Part shown: piece after piece, positions 1 through 11,710 of the stretch
Layout of the letters: each line of letters begins with the position of its first letter
How positions within the stretch are numbered: position 1 is the first letter of the stretch
Assembly: GCA_963801605.1 (NCBI GenBank)
Contig: CAWDFP010000009.1
Span: forward strand, 1 to 64,000
Direction of reading: 5' to 3'
DNA: 64,000 nucleotides
Source: an uncultured candidate division Zixibacteria bacterium
GTDB taxonomy: Bacteria; Zixibacteria; MSB-5A5; UBA10806
Notes under the pieces: generated by a model
Database searches by the model: none
What the model was told of the DNA's origin: nothing
The model's input: the letters and a program-made list of their open reading frames with translations, nothing else
Made by a program: the position numbers and the translations under genes

Positions 1-222
1 AATGTCTAAACAAGGATGCTGTCGAATTATAACAATATGACAGGTTCTCGTCAAGATATTGCTTTACTATTTACTCTGATCTCAAAAGGCTGCGAACGGG
101 TACGACTAATCTGGTATCGATTGAGTCATCGCACCCTCGTATCGAGTTTCTAAGGCATTGATATGTTGCCAATTAGGATAGTCCGAGGCGCCTTACTTCA
201 AGCTTTGGGTATAAGATTAATG

Positions 223-251
223 TAGACAATTTGAATGTCGCTACGTATATT
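223..251 (+). promoter_or_regulatory. Putative sigma70 promoter of valS
   Basis: TAGACA (223-228), 17 nt spacer, TATATT (246-251) upstream of the valS start. Confidence 0.55.
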
Positions 252-320
252 AATGGTCAACGGGAATGATCCCGTTTTTGTTTTAGTTTGTAGGACGTTT
301 TACCGATAACCGGGTATATT

Positions 321-2985
321 ATGAAAGAAATTCCAAAAGCTTACGAACCGCATCAGGCCGAGGAAAAATGGTACCCCCGCTGGCTGGAGTCCGGTATGTT
401 TCATGGCCGAACCGACAGTGGACGCAAACCATACTCGATCGTGATCCCGCCTCCTAACGTCACCGATATTTTGCATCTCGGGCATGCCCTCAATAATACG
501 CTTCAGGATATTTTGATCCGCTGGAAGCGCTCTATGGGATATGAAGCCGAGTGGATGCCAGGGGTAGATCATGCCGGCATAGCAACGCAGGTGGTAGTCG
601 AGAAGAATATCGCCAAGGAAGGGTTGAACCGTCACCAAATTGGACGCGAAAAATTTATTGAGCGGGTTTGGGACTGGAAAGAGCTAAAATTCGGCTCGAT
701 CATCAATCAGTTGCAGCGAATTGGCTGTAGTTGCGATTGGGACAGAACTCGCTTTACAATGGATGAAGGATTATCCCGGGCGGTCGTCGAAGTCTTTATA
801 CGTCTCTATGAAAAAGGGCTGATCTATCGCGGAAATCGCCTTATCAATTGGTGTCCGCGATGTTTGACATCGCTTTCAGATGACGAACTCGAGCGTGAGG
901 ATGTCGATTCGCATCTCTGGTATATCAGGTATAAAATCAAGGGTTCTAACGACCATCTGACGGTAGCCACCACCAGACCGGAAACTATGTTGGGGGATAC
1001 GGCACTGGCTGTTAATCCCAACGATAAGAGATTTAAAAAATATGTCGGAAAATCCGCGATTTTACCAATAATGGATCGCGAATTACCGGTAATCGCCGAT
1101 GACTATGTCGATCCCGGAATTCGGTACCGGCGTTGTAAAGATTACACCGGCTCACGATTTCAACGATTTTGAGGTCGGTGTCAGGCATAATCTGGAAAAA
1201 ATAAATATCCTTAATCCCAGCGGCACTCTCAATGAAAATGCCGGACAATTTGCCGGTCAGGGACGACACGAAGCCCGAAAACTAATATTAGAAGAACTCG
1301 AAAAAGGCGGATTCCTCACCAAAACCGAGGACTACAAGATGGCAGTTGCGACCTGCTATCGTTGTCATACAGTAGTCGAGCCGTACCTTTCACTGCAGTG
1401 GTTTGTTAAGATGCAGCCGTTGGCTGGGCCTGCTATCGATGCCATTAAGAATGAGGAGTTAGTTTTCCATCCCGATCATTGGTCGAAAACTTATCTCTAC
1501 TGGATGGAAAATATCCGCGACTGGTGTATTTCTCGCCAGCTTTGGTGGGGCCATCGCATTCCCGCATACTACTGTAAAAATTGTGGTGAAATCATTGTTG
1601 CTCGTCAGTTGCCATCGAGTTGCCCCAAGTGCAAATCGAACGATATATTCCAGGATCCCGATGTTCTCGATACCTGGTTTTCGTCATGGCTTTGGCCATT
1701 TTCGACATTCGGATGGCCGGAGAAGACTCCCGAACTCGAGGTTTTTTTTCCCAACTCGAACCCTTTTTACAGCCTCTGAGATTATTTATCTCTGGGTGGC
1801 CCGCATGGTTATGGCATCCTATGAATTCATGGGCAAGCTGCCGTTTAACGATGTCTATATTCATGGTACAGTGCGCGACGCCAACGGCGTGAAAATGTCG
1901 AAATCGCTCGGCAACGGAATTGATCCAATCGAGATAATCAATAAGTATGGTGCCGATGCCCTGCGAGTTACTCTCGTATTGGCTACTTCCAGAGGGCCAG
2001 GATCCTTTCATCGGAGAGAAGAGCTTTGAGCTGGGACGGAACTTTGCCAATAAGATGTGGAACGCTTCACGATTCGTTATTTCCAATCTAAACGGAACCG
2101 AGATATACGCTTGATCATTCCTCGTCTTGAGATAAATGAGTTGGCGGATATCTGGATTATGTCTCGTTTCAATAAGACTATCGGCCAGATCAACAATTAC
2201 TTCTCCTCGTTCCGTTTCAATACGGCCGCCAAGACGGCCTATGATTTTATCTGGAAGGATTACTGCGATTGGTATCTTGAGATGATTAAACCTCGGCTTG
2301 GCGATGAAGATTCTCCTGAAGAGGCCAAGGAGAAGGCACGTCAGATATCGGGCTATATCCTGTTACAGATACTACGTTTGCTCCATCCTATTATGCCGTT
2401 TGTTACCGAGGAGATTTATCATCTTCTTCCCGACGTTCCTGAAACAGTCGTTTTTGAACGAACTTGGTTGGCCGGAGCCGATAATTACACTTTTCAACGA
2501 CGATACTCGAGAAGGATTTCGAAATAGTCCAGACTGTTATCGGTGCTATCAGAAATATCAGGGCCGAAATGGATGTTCCTCCGGGCAAGAAGGCCGATGT
2601 TTTGGTCCACGCCGCCGATGATCGGATCGCGGAAATTCTGAAAAAGCAGGAGACTCAGCTTATCATTTTGGGGCGGATTTCCCATTTGACGATCGGGACC
2701 AGCATCAAGAAGCCGCCGCTTTCGGCCTCCAGCGTAATTCCTCAGGGCGAAATTTATATTCCTCTGACAGATCTGATCGATCTCGATAGCGAAAAGCAGC
2801 GCTTGGAGAAGGAACTTGCCAATCAGACCAAGTATCTCGATCGCATTAAGAAAAAACTCTCCAACTTCGATTTCCTCGAGCGAGCGCCAGCCGATGTTAT
2901 TCAGGCCGAGAAGGATAAGCAAAGACAAGTCGAGGACAGTATCGAACGTCTGAACAAAAACCTGGAATCGTTATCGGGTTGGTAG
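321..2985 (+). CDS. valS: Valine--tRNA ligase (split into several frames by indels)
   Basis: PPPNVT..LHLGHA (HIGH-type motif), [17 protein letters not shown] and a C-terminal coiled coil across ORFs 321-1172, 1099-1779, 1583-2029, 2057-2527, 2569-2985. Confidence 0.97.
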
Positions 2986-3025
2986 AACAAATCTAATTCA
3001 GGGATACTTCAGATCGACAAAATTC

Positions 3026-3059
3026 GAAACGTCGGAGATTTGCTCGACGTTTTCTTGTT
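3026..3059 (+). terminator. Putative intrinsic terminator after valS
   Basis: Stem GAAACGTCG...CGACGTTTT followed by a T-rich tail. Confidence 0.55.
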
Positions 3060-3225
3060 AGTAAATCAGGGAGTTATAGGCAATTGAGGCCAGTCTCGTT
3101 TGTTGCATGTGCAGAACTCTGCGACGGAGCAAAAAATACTTGCTCGTTACCTAATATTTCGGATATGTTGGGAATTCACGATGAGTTAAGGCGTACATAC
3201 TAAAACGCTTTAACTGGAGGATTAG

Positions 3226-4589
3226 ATGAAGAAGACTCTTGACCTCGTTTCGTTGTCGCGATTTGCTATTTGTAGTTTCCCTTGGCGATAATATTTCGAT
3301 TACAGTTTACAACGACAATTTTGGCCTGGTTAAGCAGACCAGAAACTATTGATTTCCCCAAGGGAACCTCGGAGATTAAATTCGATGACGTCGCGGCCTC
3401 AGATCGATCCGACCTCGGTCCATATTTCAGCGCCGGGGATTTCCATTCTCGAGCAAAATTATCAGTACGATTTAGTCAATACTCAGAAGATCATGCAAAA
3501 GTATCTGGGGACAGAAATCAGCCTGGTCACTAAAGGCGGCGATATTCATCGCGGGAGATCTTCTTTCATTCGATGATAGATTCGCTATTTAAAGACATCC
3601 GGCGGCGAAATCACGATCACCAATACCGCTGAAATCGTTGATTATCGTTTCGGGAAGCTTCCAGATGGTCTGGTTTTAAAACCGACCCTGGTCTGGTTGG
3701 CCGAATCTGATAAAGACGCAAACACCGAGTGCGAGGTCAGCTATCTCACCGATGGTATCAACTGGCATGCCGAGTATGTGGCGGTTGTTGATAAAGACGA
3801 TAGAAATCTGAGCCTCTCCGGTTGGGTATCAATCGATAATCAGAGCGGCGCGACATACAAGGATGCTACGTATGAAATTGGTGGCCGGCAAGGTCAATCG
3901 AATCGAACCACCGGCAACCGATGATGCCCGCGAGACGCTTTATAAAACGGTCGATATGGCGGCTCCACAATTTCAGGAGGAGTCATTCTTCGAATACCAT
4001 CTCTATACCCTGAGTCGTCCAGCGACAGTAGCGGATAAAGAAACCAAGCAGCTTACGTTATTCCCGGAGGCCTCTACAACTACTCAAAAAGTATTCACGG
4101 TTGAAAATCCGGTATTCGTGGTGGGGAAATCAGAGCAACCAAGCCCAAAGTTAAGGTCAATCTCGAATTCACCAATTCCCAGGAAAAGGGCCTGGGAATG
4201 CCGCTGCCCAAGGGCAAGCTTCGCGTCTACAAGGCCGACAGCCAGGGGCAGTTGCAATTTATCGGCGAGGACTGATAGATCATACTCCCAAAGATGAAGA
4301 TGTAAGAGTTTTCCTCGGTGAGGCATTCGACATAACATGCGAGAGAAATAAAACCAATATTGTCGATTTGGGTCAGGGACACGCCCGAGAGACATACGAG
4401 ATTGCGTTAAACAATCATAAAAAAGATGATATCGTGGTAACAGTGGTCGAATCGACACCTGGCTGGCGCGAATGGCGCATAACCAATTCCAGTTTGGAAT
4501 ACAAAAAAGTCAGCGTCTATAAAGTAGAATTCCAGGTGCCGGTCAAGGCCAATGGAGAAAATACACTGGTTTATACAATTGAGTACTAA
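3226..4589 (+). CDS. DUF4139-domain secreted protein (frameshifted)
   Basis: GGAGG RBS before ATG 3226; fragments QIDPTSV, LEQNYQYDL, SYLTDGINWHAEY, FEYHLYTL, GLGMPLPKG, IDHTPKDE are typical of the DUF4139 family. Confidence 0.8.
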
Positions 4590-4600
4590 ATGGAGGAAAG

Positions 4601-5848
4601 ATGAAAAGAGGTTGGGTAATTTTGGTGGTAGGATTGGTGATGCTTCTGGCCTATGGTTGCGCTGATAAGTATGTGACATCCGCCAAAATCGCCATCAATG
4701 CCAAGAACTGGGATAAGGCGATTTCCGATTTAACTAAAGCGCTGGAAACGAATCCCCAAAACGATAAGGCGCACCTGCTGTTGGCCAAATGCTATAAGGA
4801 AAAAGGTGATTATAACCAGATGATTGTGCATCTTAAAGGCGCCGACAATCCTATTAATGCCAAAGAGGTTAAACAACTACGCGAGGATTCCTGGTATTTG
4901 CTGGCGGCCAACGCCGATACCCTGATGAATCAGTTTCCCGAATTGGAAAAGGGCGCCCGTGCCGATTTCGAATCAGCTTTGAATCAGATTAAGGCCGACC
5001 AACCGGATTCTGCCGGCAGGTTCTTCAATCGCGCAAAGGCTAAAATGAAAATAGTCGAGAAAGCCCCGGCTGAAGAGCCGTTCAATGTAGCTGTTGAAAA
5101 AGCCAGGGCTAAGGAGTATGATGAGGCCAATAAGAATTTCGAACTGACTGTCGCCGCAGCCAAGAAAAGCGTCTATATCGAGGCCAAGGATCAATTCGAG
5201 ACAGCTATTGCGATCGATCCCTCAATGCCGCAAGCTTATGCCAAAGCCGCATTCGCCTGGTTTAATATTGGCGACGAGGATTCCTCTTTCTATTATTACA
5301 GAGAAGCCTACGGTTTGATGCCAACCAATACCGAAATTCTGAAAAACCTCATTCAGATCAGCTACAAAGTTGGTAAGACGAATTTGGTAGACTCTCTGGC
5401 TATGGTACTCTTAACCAACGACCCCAATAACGTCGAGGCTCTCTTGATTATTGCGGAAATCGCCGAAGGTGCCAAAAATTTCGAAAGGGCGGTGGAGTAC
5501 TACAACAAGGCGCTCGCGATTAAACCGGATAACTGCACTGTATGGTTTAAGGTCGGGGTCATATATTTTAAAGAACTCAAGCAGCCGGAAAATGCGGAGC
5601 AGGCTTTTATGCAATCTACCAATCTCTGCCCCGAGGATAATAATGCATTCATTAATCTTGCTGTGCTTCTCATTACGCAAGGCAAATATGATGATGCAGT
5701 TTCCCGCCTTACAGCGTTTACGCAAACCAATCCCGGAGATTGTGCGGGATGGGATCTCCTTTCCCAAGCCCTGGTAAGAAAAGGGGAAAAGGAAAAAGCG
5801 CTCGAAGCCCAAAAAAAGTACTTCGAATGCAACGGACAGAAAAAGTAA
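4601..5848 (+). CDS. Tetratricopeptide-repeat lipoprotein
   Basis: Lipoprotein signal (LLAYG-C) and multiple TPR-like units (KALETNPQN, AIAIDPS, KALAIKPDN). Confidence 0.85.
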   Translation: MKRGWVILVVGLVMLLAYGCADKYVTSAKIAINAKNWDKAISDLTKALETNPQNDKAHLLLAKCYKEKGDYNQMIVHLKGADNPINAKEVKQLREDSWYLLAANADTLMNQFPELEKGARADFESALNQIKADQPDSAGRFFNRAKAKMKIVEKAPAEEPFNVAVEKARAKEYDEANKNFELTVAAAKKSVYIEAKDQFETAIAIDPSMPQAYAKAAFAWFNIGDEDSSFYYYREAYGLMPTNTEILKNLIQISYKVGKTNLVDSLAMVLLTNDPNNVEALLIIAEIAEGAKNFERAVEYYNKALAIKPDNCTVWFKVGVIYFKELKQPENAEQAFMQSTNLCPEDNNAFINLAVLLITQGKYDDAVSRLTAFTQTNPGDCAGWDLLSQALVRKGEKEKALEAQKKYFECNGQKK

Positions 5849-5869
5849 TTTATTAATATAGATTACATC

Positions 5870-5908
5870 GGGCAGTTTTCCCGGAACAGGGAGAACTGCC
5901 CTTGTTGT
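5870..5908 (+). terminator. Hairpin/terminator between TPR gene and priA
   Basis: GGGCAGTTTTCCC-ggaaca-GGGAGAACTGCCC followed by TTGTTGT. Confidence 0.55.
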
Positions 5909-5923
5909 CTCAGGATAAATGGT

Positions 5924-8358
5924 ATGTTTGCCCAAATAGCATTGCCGGTACCATACACCGACCATCTTACATATTCCATCCCCGATGATTTATTACCGCT
6001 CATAAGACCGGGAGCGTTGGCAATCGTGCCTGTCAGGGATCAGGCCGCAACCGGCGTGGTTCTCGGCATTATGGAGCAGGCACAAATTCGCTCGGCTGTT
6101 AAGGAAATCATCGGCCTGGGCGATAGCGAGCTTTGGCTTTCTAAAGAGCTTTTGGAATTGTGTCAGTTTGTTGCCAGACGCTACATGACAACACCGGGCA
6201 TGGCGCTTAAGGTAGCTCTGCCGCCAGGCACTCTTCAACGGCGAGCCTTATTCTTGTATCCCGGACTGAATCAAATGCCGGAATCTGTCACGGAAATTGT
6301 CGGTCGGATTATCAGGAGAATACAGGATCAACCGGGGCATTGGTCTATAGCCGAAATGCGAAAACAAATCGGATATGATTTGACAGAAACCATTTTGCGC
6401 ACAGGCGCCGTGACGCTCTCACCATTTAAAAAATCGAAATCGTCATCTCTAAAGGGGCGTGAAAGATGGCTGAGGCTGAACCACTCGGAGGCAGTTGTTG
6501 CGCTGGGCAAAAAGGGAGCGGCCTTACTGCAATCTCTTCAAAACAACAGCGGTGAAATTAAAGTATCGGCCCTAAAGGAACTCGGTTTTTCCTCGGCTAT
6601 TGCATCGACACTGGTTAAAAAGGAATTGGCCGAATATTTCTATAAAACAAAGGAGGCAACCAGGCTTGGAGGCCTGAATTCTCTGGCCAAAGAAGAGACG
6701 CCCGTTCTGACACTCTGGCAGGAATCGGCGCTGGAGCGAGTTCGCAATGCTATCGATTCTAACGTTTTTGCCGGTTTTTTGCTTTATGGAGTGACATCAT
6801 CAGGTAAGACTCAGGTTTATCTTGAGGCCGCCAAGTATGCCCTCTCAAAGGGAAAATCAGTCCTGATCCTGGTGCCGGAGATTTCGCTGACACCCCAGAT
6901 TATATCGCGGTTTGAACGCTTTTTGGGGGTTAATCCGTATGTATGGCACTCTCATCTGGCTCCTGGGGAAAGGCTCTCAGCCTACCTTACAGCGCAGGCT
7001 GACGGGCCGACACTAATTATCGGAACCCGCTCCGCCATCTTTGCGCCGCTTCGCGGATTGGGCCTTATCGTGGTCGATGAGGAGCAGGATCATTCTTACA
7101 AACAGGATGATCCGGCCCCCCGGTATAATGCCCGAGATCTATCGATCGAGTGTGGCCGTCTCGGGAATTGCGCTGTACTGCTCGGTTCCGCTACGCCATC
7201 GGCGGAATCATACTATCTCACAAAAATCGGCTCGATCGAGCTTCTCTCTTTACCTCACCGAGTGGCCGGCGTGGGAACACCGAAGATTGAAATCGTTTCG
7301 ACAGCCTTTAGGCCGGAGCCCAAACCGGATGACCTGCCTGTTTTTCCCCGAGGTTTCAGACCGATTTCAGAGAAGCTCTATGAGGAAATCAGCCTTAGAC
7401 TGAAAAAGGAGAGCAGATAATTCTCTTGTTGAACCGTCGCGGTTACTCATCGGCGGTTGTCTGTTTCGAATGCGGCTGGGTCGGCAAGTGCCCCGATTGC
7501 GAGATCGGCTGGACATATCATAAAGCCAAAGATAAAATGCTCTGCCATTATTGCGGACAGGAGCAACCCGGGCCGCTTGCCTGCACGCAATGCGATTCCA
7601 CCAGGCTAAGTTTCCGCAGTGCCGGTACGGAACGGCTGGAGGAAACACTGCGTATCGCTTTTCCCCGAATCAAAAATAGTCAGGCTCGATACCGACGTAG
7701 CCGTAAAAAAGTGGCAGTCGCGCGATATTCTCGATGATTTTGGCGCTGGAAAATATCAAATTCTACTCGGCACCCAGATGGTCGCCAAGGGGCATCATTT
7801 TCCCGAATGTCAGCCTGGTCGGAGTAATCAACGCCGATATTGGTTTGTCACTGCCGGATTTCAGAGCCTCAGAGCGTGTCGAACAGCTTGCTGACTCAGG
7901 CCGCCGGACGGGCTGGGCAGATCCTCGAAAAAGGGAGACCCGGGACACGTAATTATTCAGTCGTTTGCGCCTGATAATCCTCTTTTCGAATATCTGAAGG
8001 GCAATAATTACCTCGGTTTTCTGGAAGATGAACTAAAGGTCCGTCAAGCCTCGATTATCCGCCGTATAAGAGGCTGGTGCTTTTGGTGGCGCGTCACCTT
8101 ATGCTCACCGGGCTGTCGATGGCGCCGAACGTCTGAAAGATGAAATCCTCTTACTGAATCGCCGATAAGAATATTGGTATCCTGGGACCGGCGGAATCCC
8201 CCATTTTTAAGAGAGGCAAGCTGTATAGATATCAATTACTTCTAAAACTCCCGCCGGATCAAGAACCGGCGGAACTTCTTTGGGGCTTAAATGATTTTAT
8301 GAGACGGTCCAAGGGATTGTACATCAGAATAGATATCGATCCGGTCTCATTCATGTAA
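5924..8358 (+). CDS. priA: Primosomal protein N' (frameshifted)
   Basis: GVTSSGKT Walker A, VPEISLTPQ, DEEQD, four CxxC zinc motifs, GTQMVAKG, C-terminal IDIDP. Confidence 0.95.
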
Positions 8359-8362
8359 AGCC

Positions 8363-8391
8363 TTGACTTGAATACGGAGGATGATTAAATT
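8363..8391 (+). promoter_or_regulatory. Putative sigma70 promoter for the HD-purM-gpmI unit
   Basis: TTGACT-17 nt-TAAATT; it overlaps ATG 8381, which favours the later start at 8435. Confidence 0.5.
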
Positions 8392-8434
8392 TCAAGTCTG
8401 TTTTTTTCAAATTAATAAGTCAATGAGGACAATT

Positions 8435-9094
8435 ATGATAACAATCGATGATGTAAAGAAAAATAAAACCGTTCACAAATTAGTAGAAAAGGCCGACCAG
8501 GTGCTGGGCGTTATCGGGTATACCGAACATGGCTTTCGGCACTGTTCACTGGCAGCAAATATTGCCTATAATATTATGATCAGACTCGGCAAGGGAGAAA
8601 AGCGGGCCCAATTAGCCGCTATAGCCGGGTACATGCACGATATCGGAAATGTTATAAATCGGGATTATCACGCCCAGACAGCGTCCGTTATGGCCTTCTC
8701 AGTCTTACAAGAGATGGAAATGGATATGGCCGATATACTCGATGTTATTGCCGCTATAGGTAACCATGATGAGCATGACGGATCGCCTGTATCCGATATC
8801 GGCGCCGCCGTGATTTTGGCCGATAAATCCGATGTACATCGTTCCCGCGTACGCAATACCGATATGATCAAGACCGATATTCACGACCGGGTCAACTATG
8901 CTGCCAAATCATCATTTTTAAGGATCGATGAGGCCAGTAAAAAAGCTTCGCTGGAAATTACAATCGATACCTCCATTTCGCAGGTCATGGAGTATTTCGA
9001 AATATTCCTGTCTCGAATGGTAGTCTGTCGTCGGGCTGCTCAATATCTGGATTTGCAGTTTGAATTGGAAATCAACGGCTATAAATTATTATAG
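8435..9094 (+). CDS. HD-domain phosphohydrolase
   Basis: GYTEHGFRH, HDIGN, NHDE, LADKSD motifs; GAGG RBS before ATG 8435. Confidence 0.85.
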   Translation: MITIDDVKKNKTVHKLVEKADQVLGVIGYTEHGFRHCSLAANIAYNIMIRLGKGEKRAQLAAIAGYMHDIGNVINRDYHAQTASVMAFSVLQEMEMDMADILDVIAAIGNHDEHDGSPVSDIGAAVILADKSDVHRSRVRNTDMIKTDIHDRVNYAAKSSFLRIDEASKKASLEITIDTSISQVMEYFEIFLSRMVVCRRAAQYLDLQFELEINGYKLL

Positions 9095-9099
9095 GGTTT

Positions 9100-10133
9100 A
9101 TGGGAAAGAGCAAATACAGCCGGGCCGGAGTCGATATCGATTCGGCCGACCGCGTCAAGAACCGTCTGGCGGCCCTGGTGCGGGAGACGTTCACTGAAAA
9201 TGTAATTGGAGATTTCGGAGGATTCGGATCGGCGTTTTCGACCAGGGGATATGGGACGAAATACTGTGCTGGTCTCGTCTGCCGATGGTGTCGGAACCAA
9301 GCTCAAGCTGGCTTTCATGTCCGGACGGCATGAGTCTGTAGGTCACGATCTGGTCAACCATCTTACCAACGATATACTCTGCATGGGCGCCAAGCCGCTA
9401 TTCTTCCTCGACTATATTGGCCTTGGCAAAATGAATGGCGATACGGTTACAGCTATTGTTAAGGGCATCAGCGATGGCTGCAAGGAGAATGGTTGCGCCT
9501 TACTCGGCGGCGAGACGGCCGAGATGCCGGGGTTTTACGCGGATGGAGAATATGATCTGGCAGGTTTTATGGTCGGTATAGCCGAAAAGAAAGCGATGCC
9601 TGATAAAAGCTCGTTCCAGGCCGGCGATTTTTTGATAGGGTTTTCGTCCAGCGGACTTCATACCAACGGATATTCTCTCGCCAGACATGCACTTTTCGAC
9701 GTCGCCAAACATGCCCCTCAATTACATTTTGCCGGAGACCGGGACCCCTCTTGTCGATGAGCTTTTAACGGTTCACAGGTCCTACTTAAAAACAGTTTAT
9801 CCCTATCTCGAAAAGAAGCTATTTAAGGCTGTAGCGCATATCACAGGAGGCGGTTTCGAGGGTAATATCAATCGCATTCTACCCTCGCATCTCGATGCCG
9901 TAGTCGATACAAATCTCTGGATTCCTCCGGCTATTTTTCGAGCCATCCAAAAAGCCGCCGATGTCGATTCGCGTGAGATGTACAGAGTATTTAATATGGG
10001 AATAGGCATGGTCGCAGTTGTTGCCGAAAAAGATCTACCATATCTTAAGAAAGTTATGAGAGTCCCGGAATGCGAAGTAGTACCTGTCGGAGCGTTAATA
10101 AAGGGAACTGGTAAAGTAGAAGTCAGAATATGA
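9100..10133 (+). CDS. purM: Phosphoribosylformylglycinamidine cyclo-ligase (frameshifted)
   Basis: [46 protein letters not shown]. Confidence 0.96.
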
Positions 10134-11668
10134 ACAATATCCCCCGGCCGGTTACCTTTATAATCATGGATGGGTTCGGTCTCAACCCCGATACAAAAGG
10201 CAATGCTATCGCCGCCGCTCATAAGCCCAATTATGATAGGCTATCTCAGCAATATCCTTTTGCTACTCTCGGCTCTTCTGGGCTGTCGGTTGGTCTTCCC
10301 GAGGGACAGATGGGGAATTCCGAGGTCGGGCATCTCAATTTCGGCGCCGGACGAGTAGTCTATCAGGAGGTATCGAGGATAGACAAGCTTATTCGCGAGG
10401 GTGATTTTTTTAAAAATCATGTGTTTATAGAGGAGATAAAGGCGGCCCAGGCCCGAGGTGGTAAGATTCATATCATGGGGCTGGCATCCGATGGTTTAGT
10501 CCATTCCTCGCTTGAGCATCTTTATGCCCTGTTGCTGCTCTGTAAAAATCTCGATATGCACGATGTTGTAATTCACGCATTCCTCGATGGCCGCGACACC
10601 TCGCCAACAAGCGGGGCTCGATTATTTAGAAGGGATTTATGCCAGGACAAAGGAGATAGGTGTCGGCAGATTAGGTACTGTGATTGGACGCTATTTCGCG
10701 ATGGATCGCGATAAGAGATGGTCGCGCATCAAGCAGGCTTATGATCTCTTGGTTTTTGGCAGAGGATTCGAAACTCCCGATCCTGTACTGGTAGTCAAGG
10801 ATTCATACTCGCGTGGCATCGACCGATGAGTTTATGGAGCCTATTTCGATTGCTGGATTCGACCATCGAATTGGCGTCGACGATGCTGCTATCTTTTTTA
10901 ATTTTCGGGCGGATCGCGCCAGACAGATATGCTATACCCTGTGCGATCCCAAATTCGATGGTTTCGACAGGGAGGACGGCCCCATTATTCCGGTGGCTGG
11001 AATGACTCTCTATGATATCAATCTTCCCGCGCAAGTCGCATTTGACCAGCAATTACTGAATGATATTTTTGTAGAGGTCACAAGCGCGGCCGGAATAAGG
11101 CAATTGCGGACCGCTGAGACCGAGAAATATCCTCATGTGACATTCTTCTTTAACGGTGGCGTGGAAAAGGCATACCCGGGAGAGGATCGCATACTTATCC
11201 ATTCGCCAAAAGTCGCGACTTATGATCTCAAGCCGGAAATGTCAGCATTACGAGTTGACCGATTCTACTTTGGCTAAAATCGGAGAAAACATTTACGATG
11301 TCATCATCATGAACTACGCCAATTGCGATATGGTAGGGCATACAGGTGTTTTCGATGCCGCCCGCAAGGCAGTGGAAACAGTCGACGAGTGCGTAGGTAA
11401 AATTGTAAAGGCTGTCACTCGGGCCGGCGGCGTATCGCTGGTGACCGCTGATCACGGCAATGCGGAGAAAATGATCGCCGAGGATGGCGGGCCGTTTACC
11501 GCGCATACTACTTTTAGGGTTCCATTTATACTTATCGACGATAATTTTAAAGGGTCACTCCGTCAGGATGGCATTCTGGCTGATATTGCTCCTACAATAC
11601 TCGAATATCTGAAGATTCAAAAACCGGCAGCCATGACCGGCCAAAGCCTCCTTATAAAGAATCGATAA
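10130..11668 (+). CDS. gpmI: 2,3-bisphosphoglycerate-independent phosphoglycerate mutase (frameshifted)
   Basis: GQMGNSEVGH, DGRD, GRYFAMDRD, NFRADR, AETEKYPHVT, DMVGHTG, TADHGNAE. Confidence 0.96.
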
Positions 11669-11710
11669 TTTCTCTTTATCAAGAGAACTCGCTTTTGCTA
11701 TATTAATAGG

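Noticed and set aside
1..320. T-box riboswitch upstream of valS
   Set aside because: No T-box consensus (AAnnnGGGTGGnACCGCG-like) or specifier stem is visible, and the predicted leader is too short.
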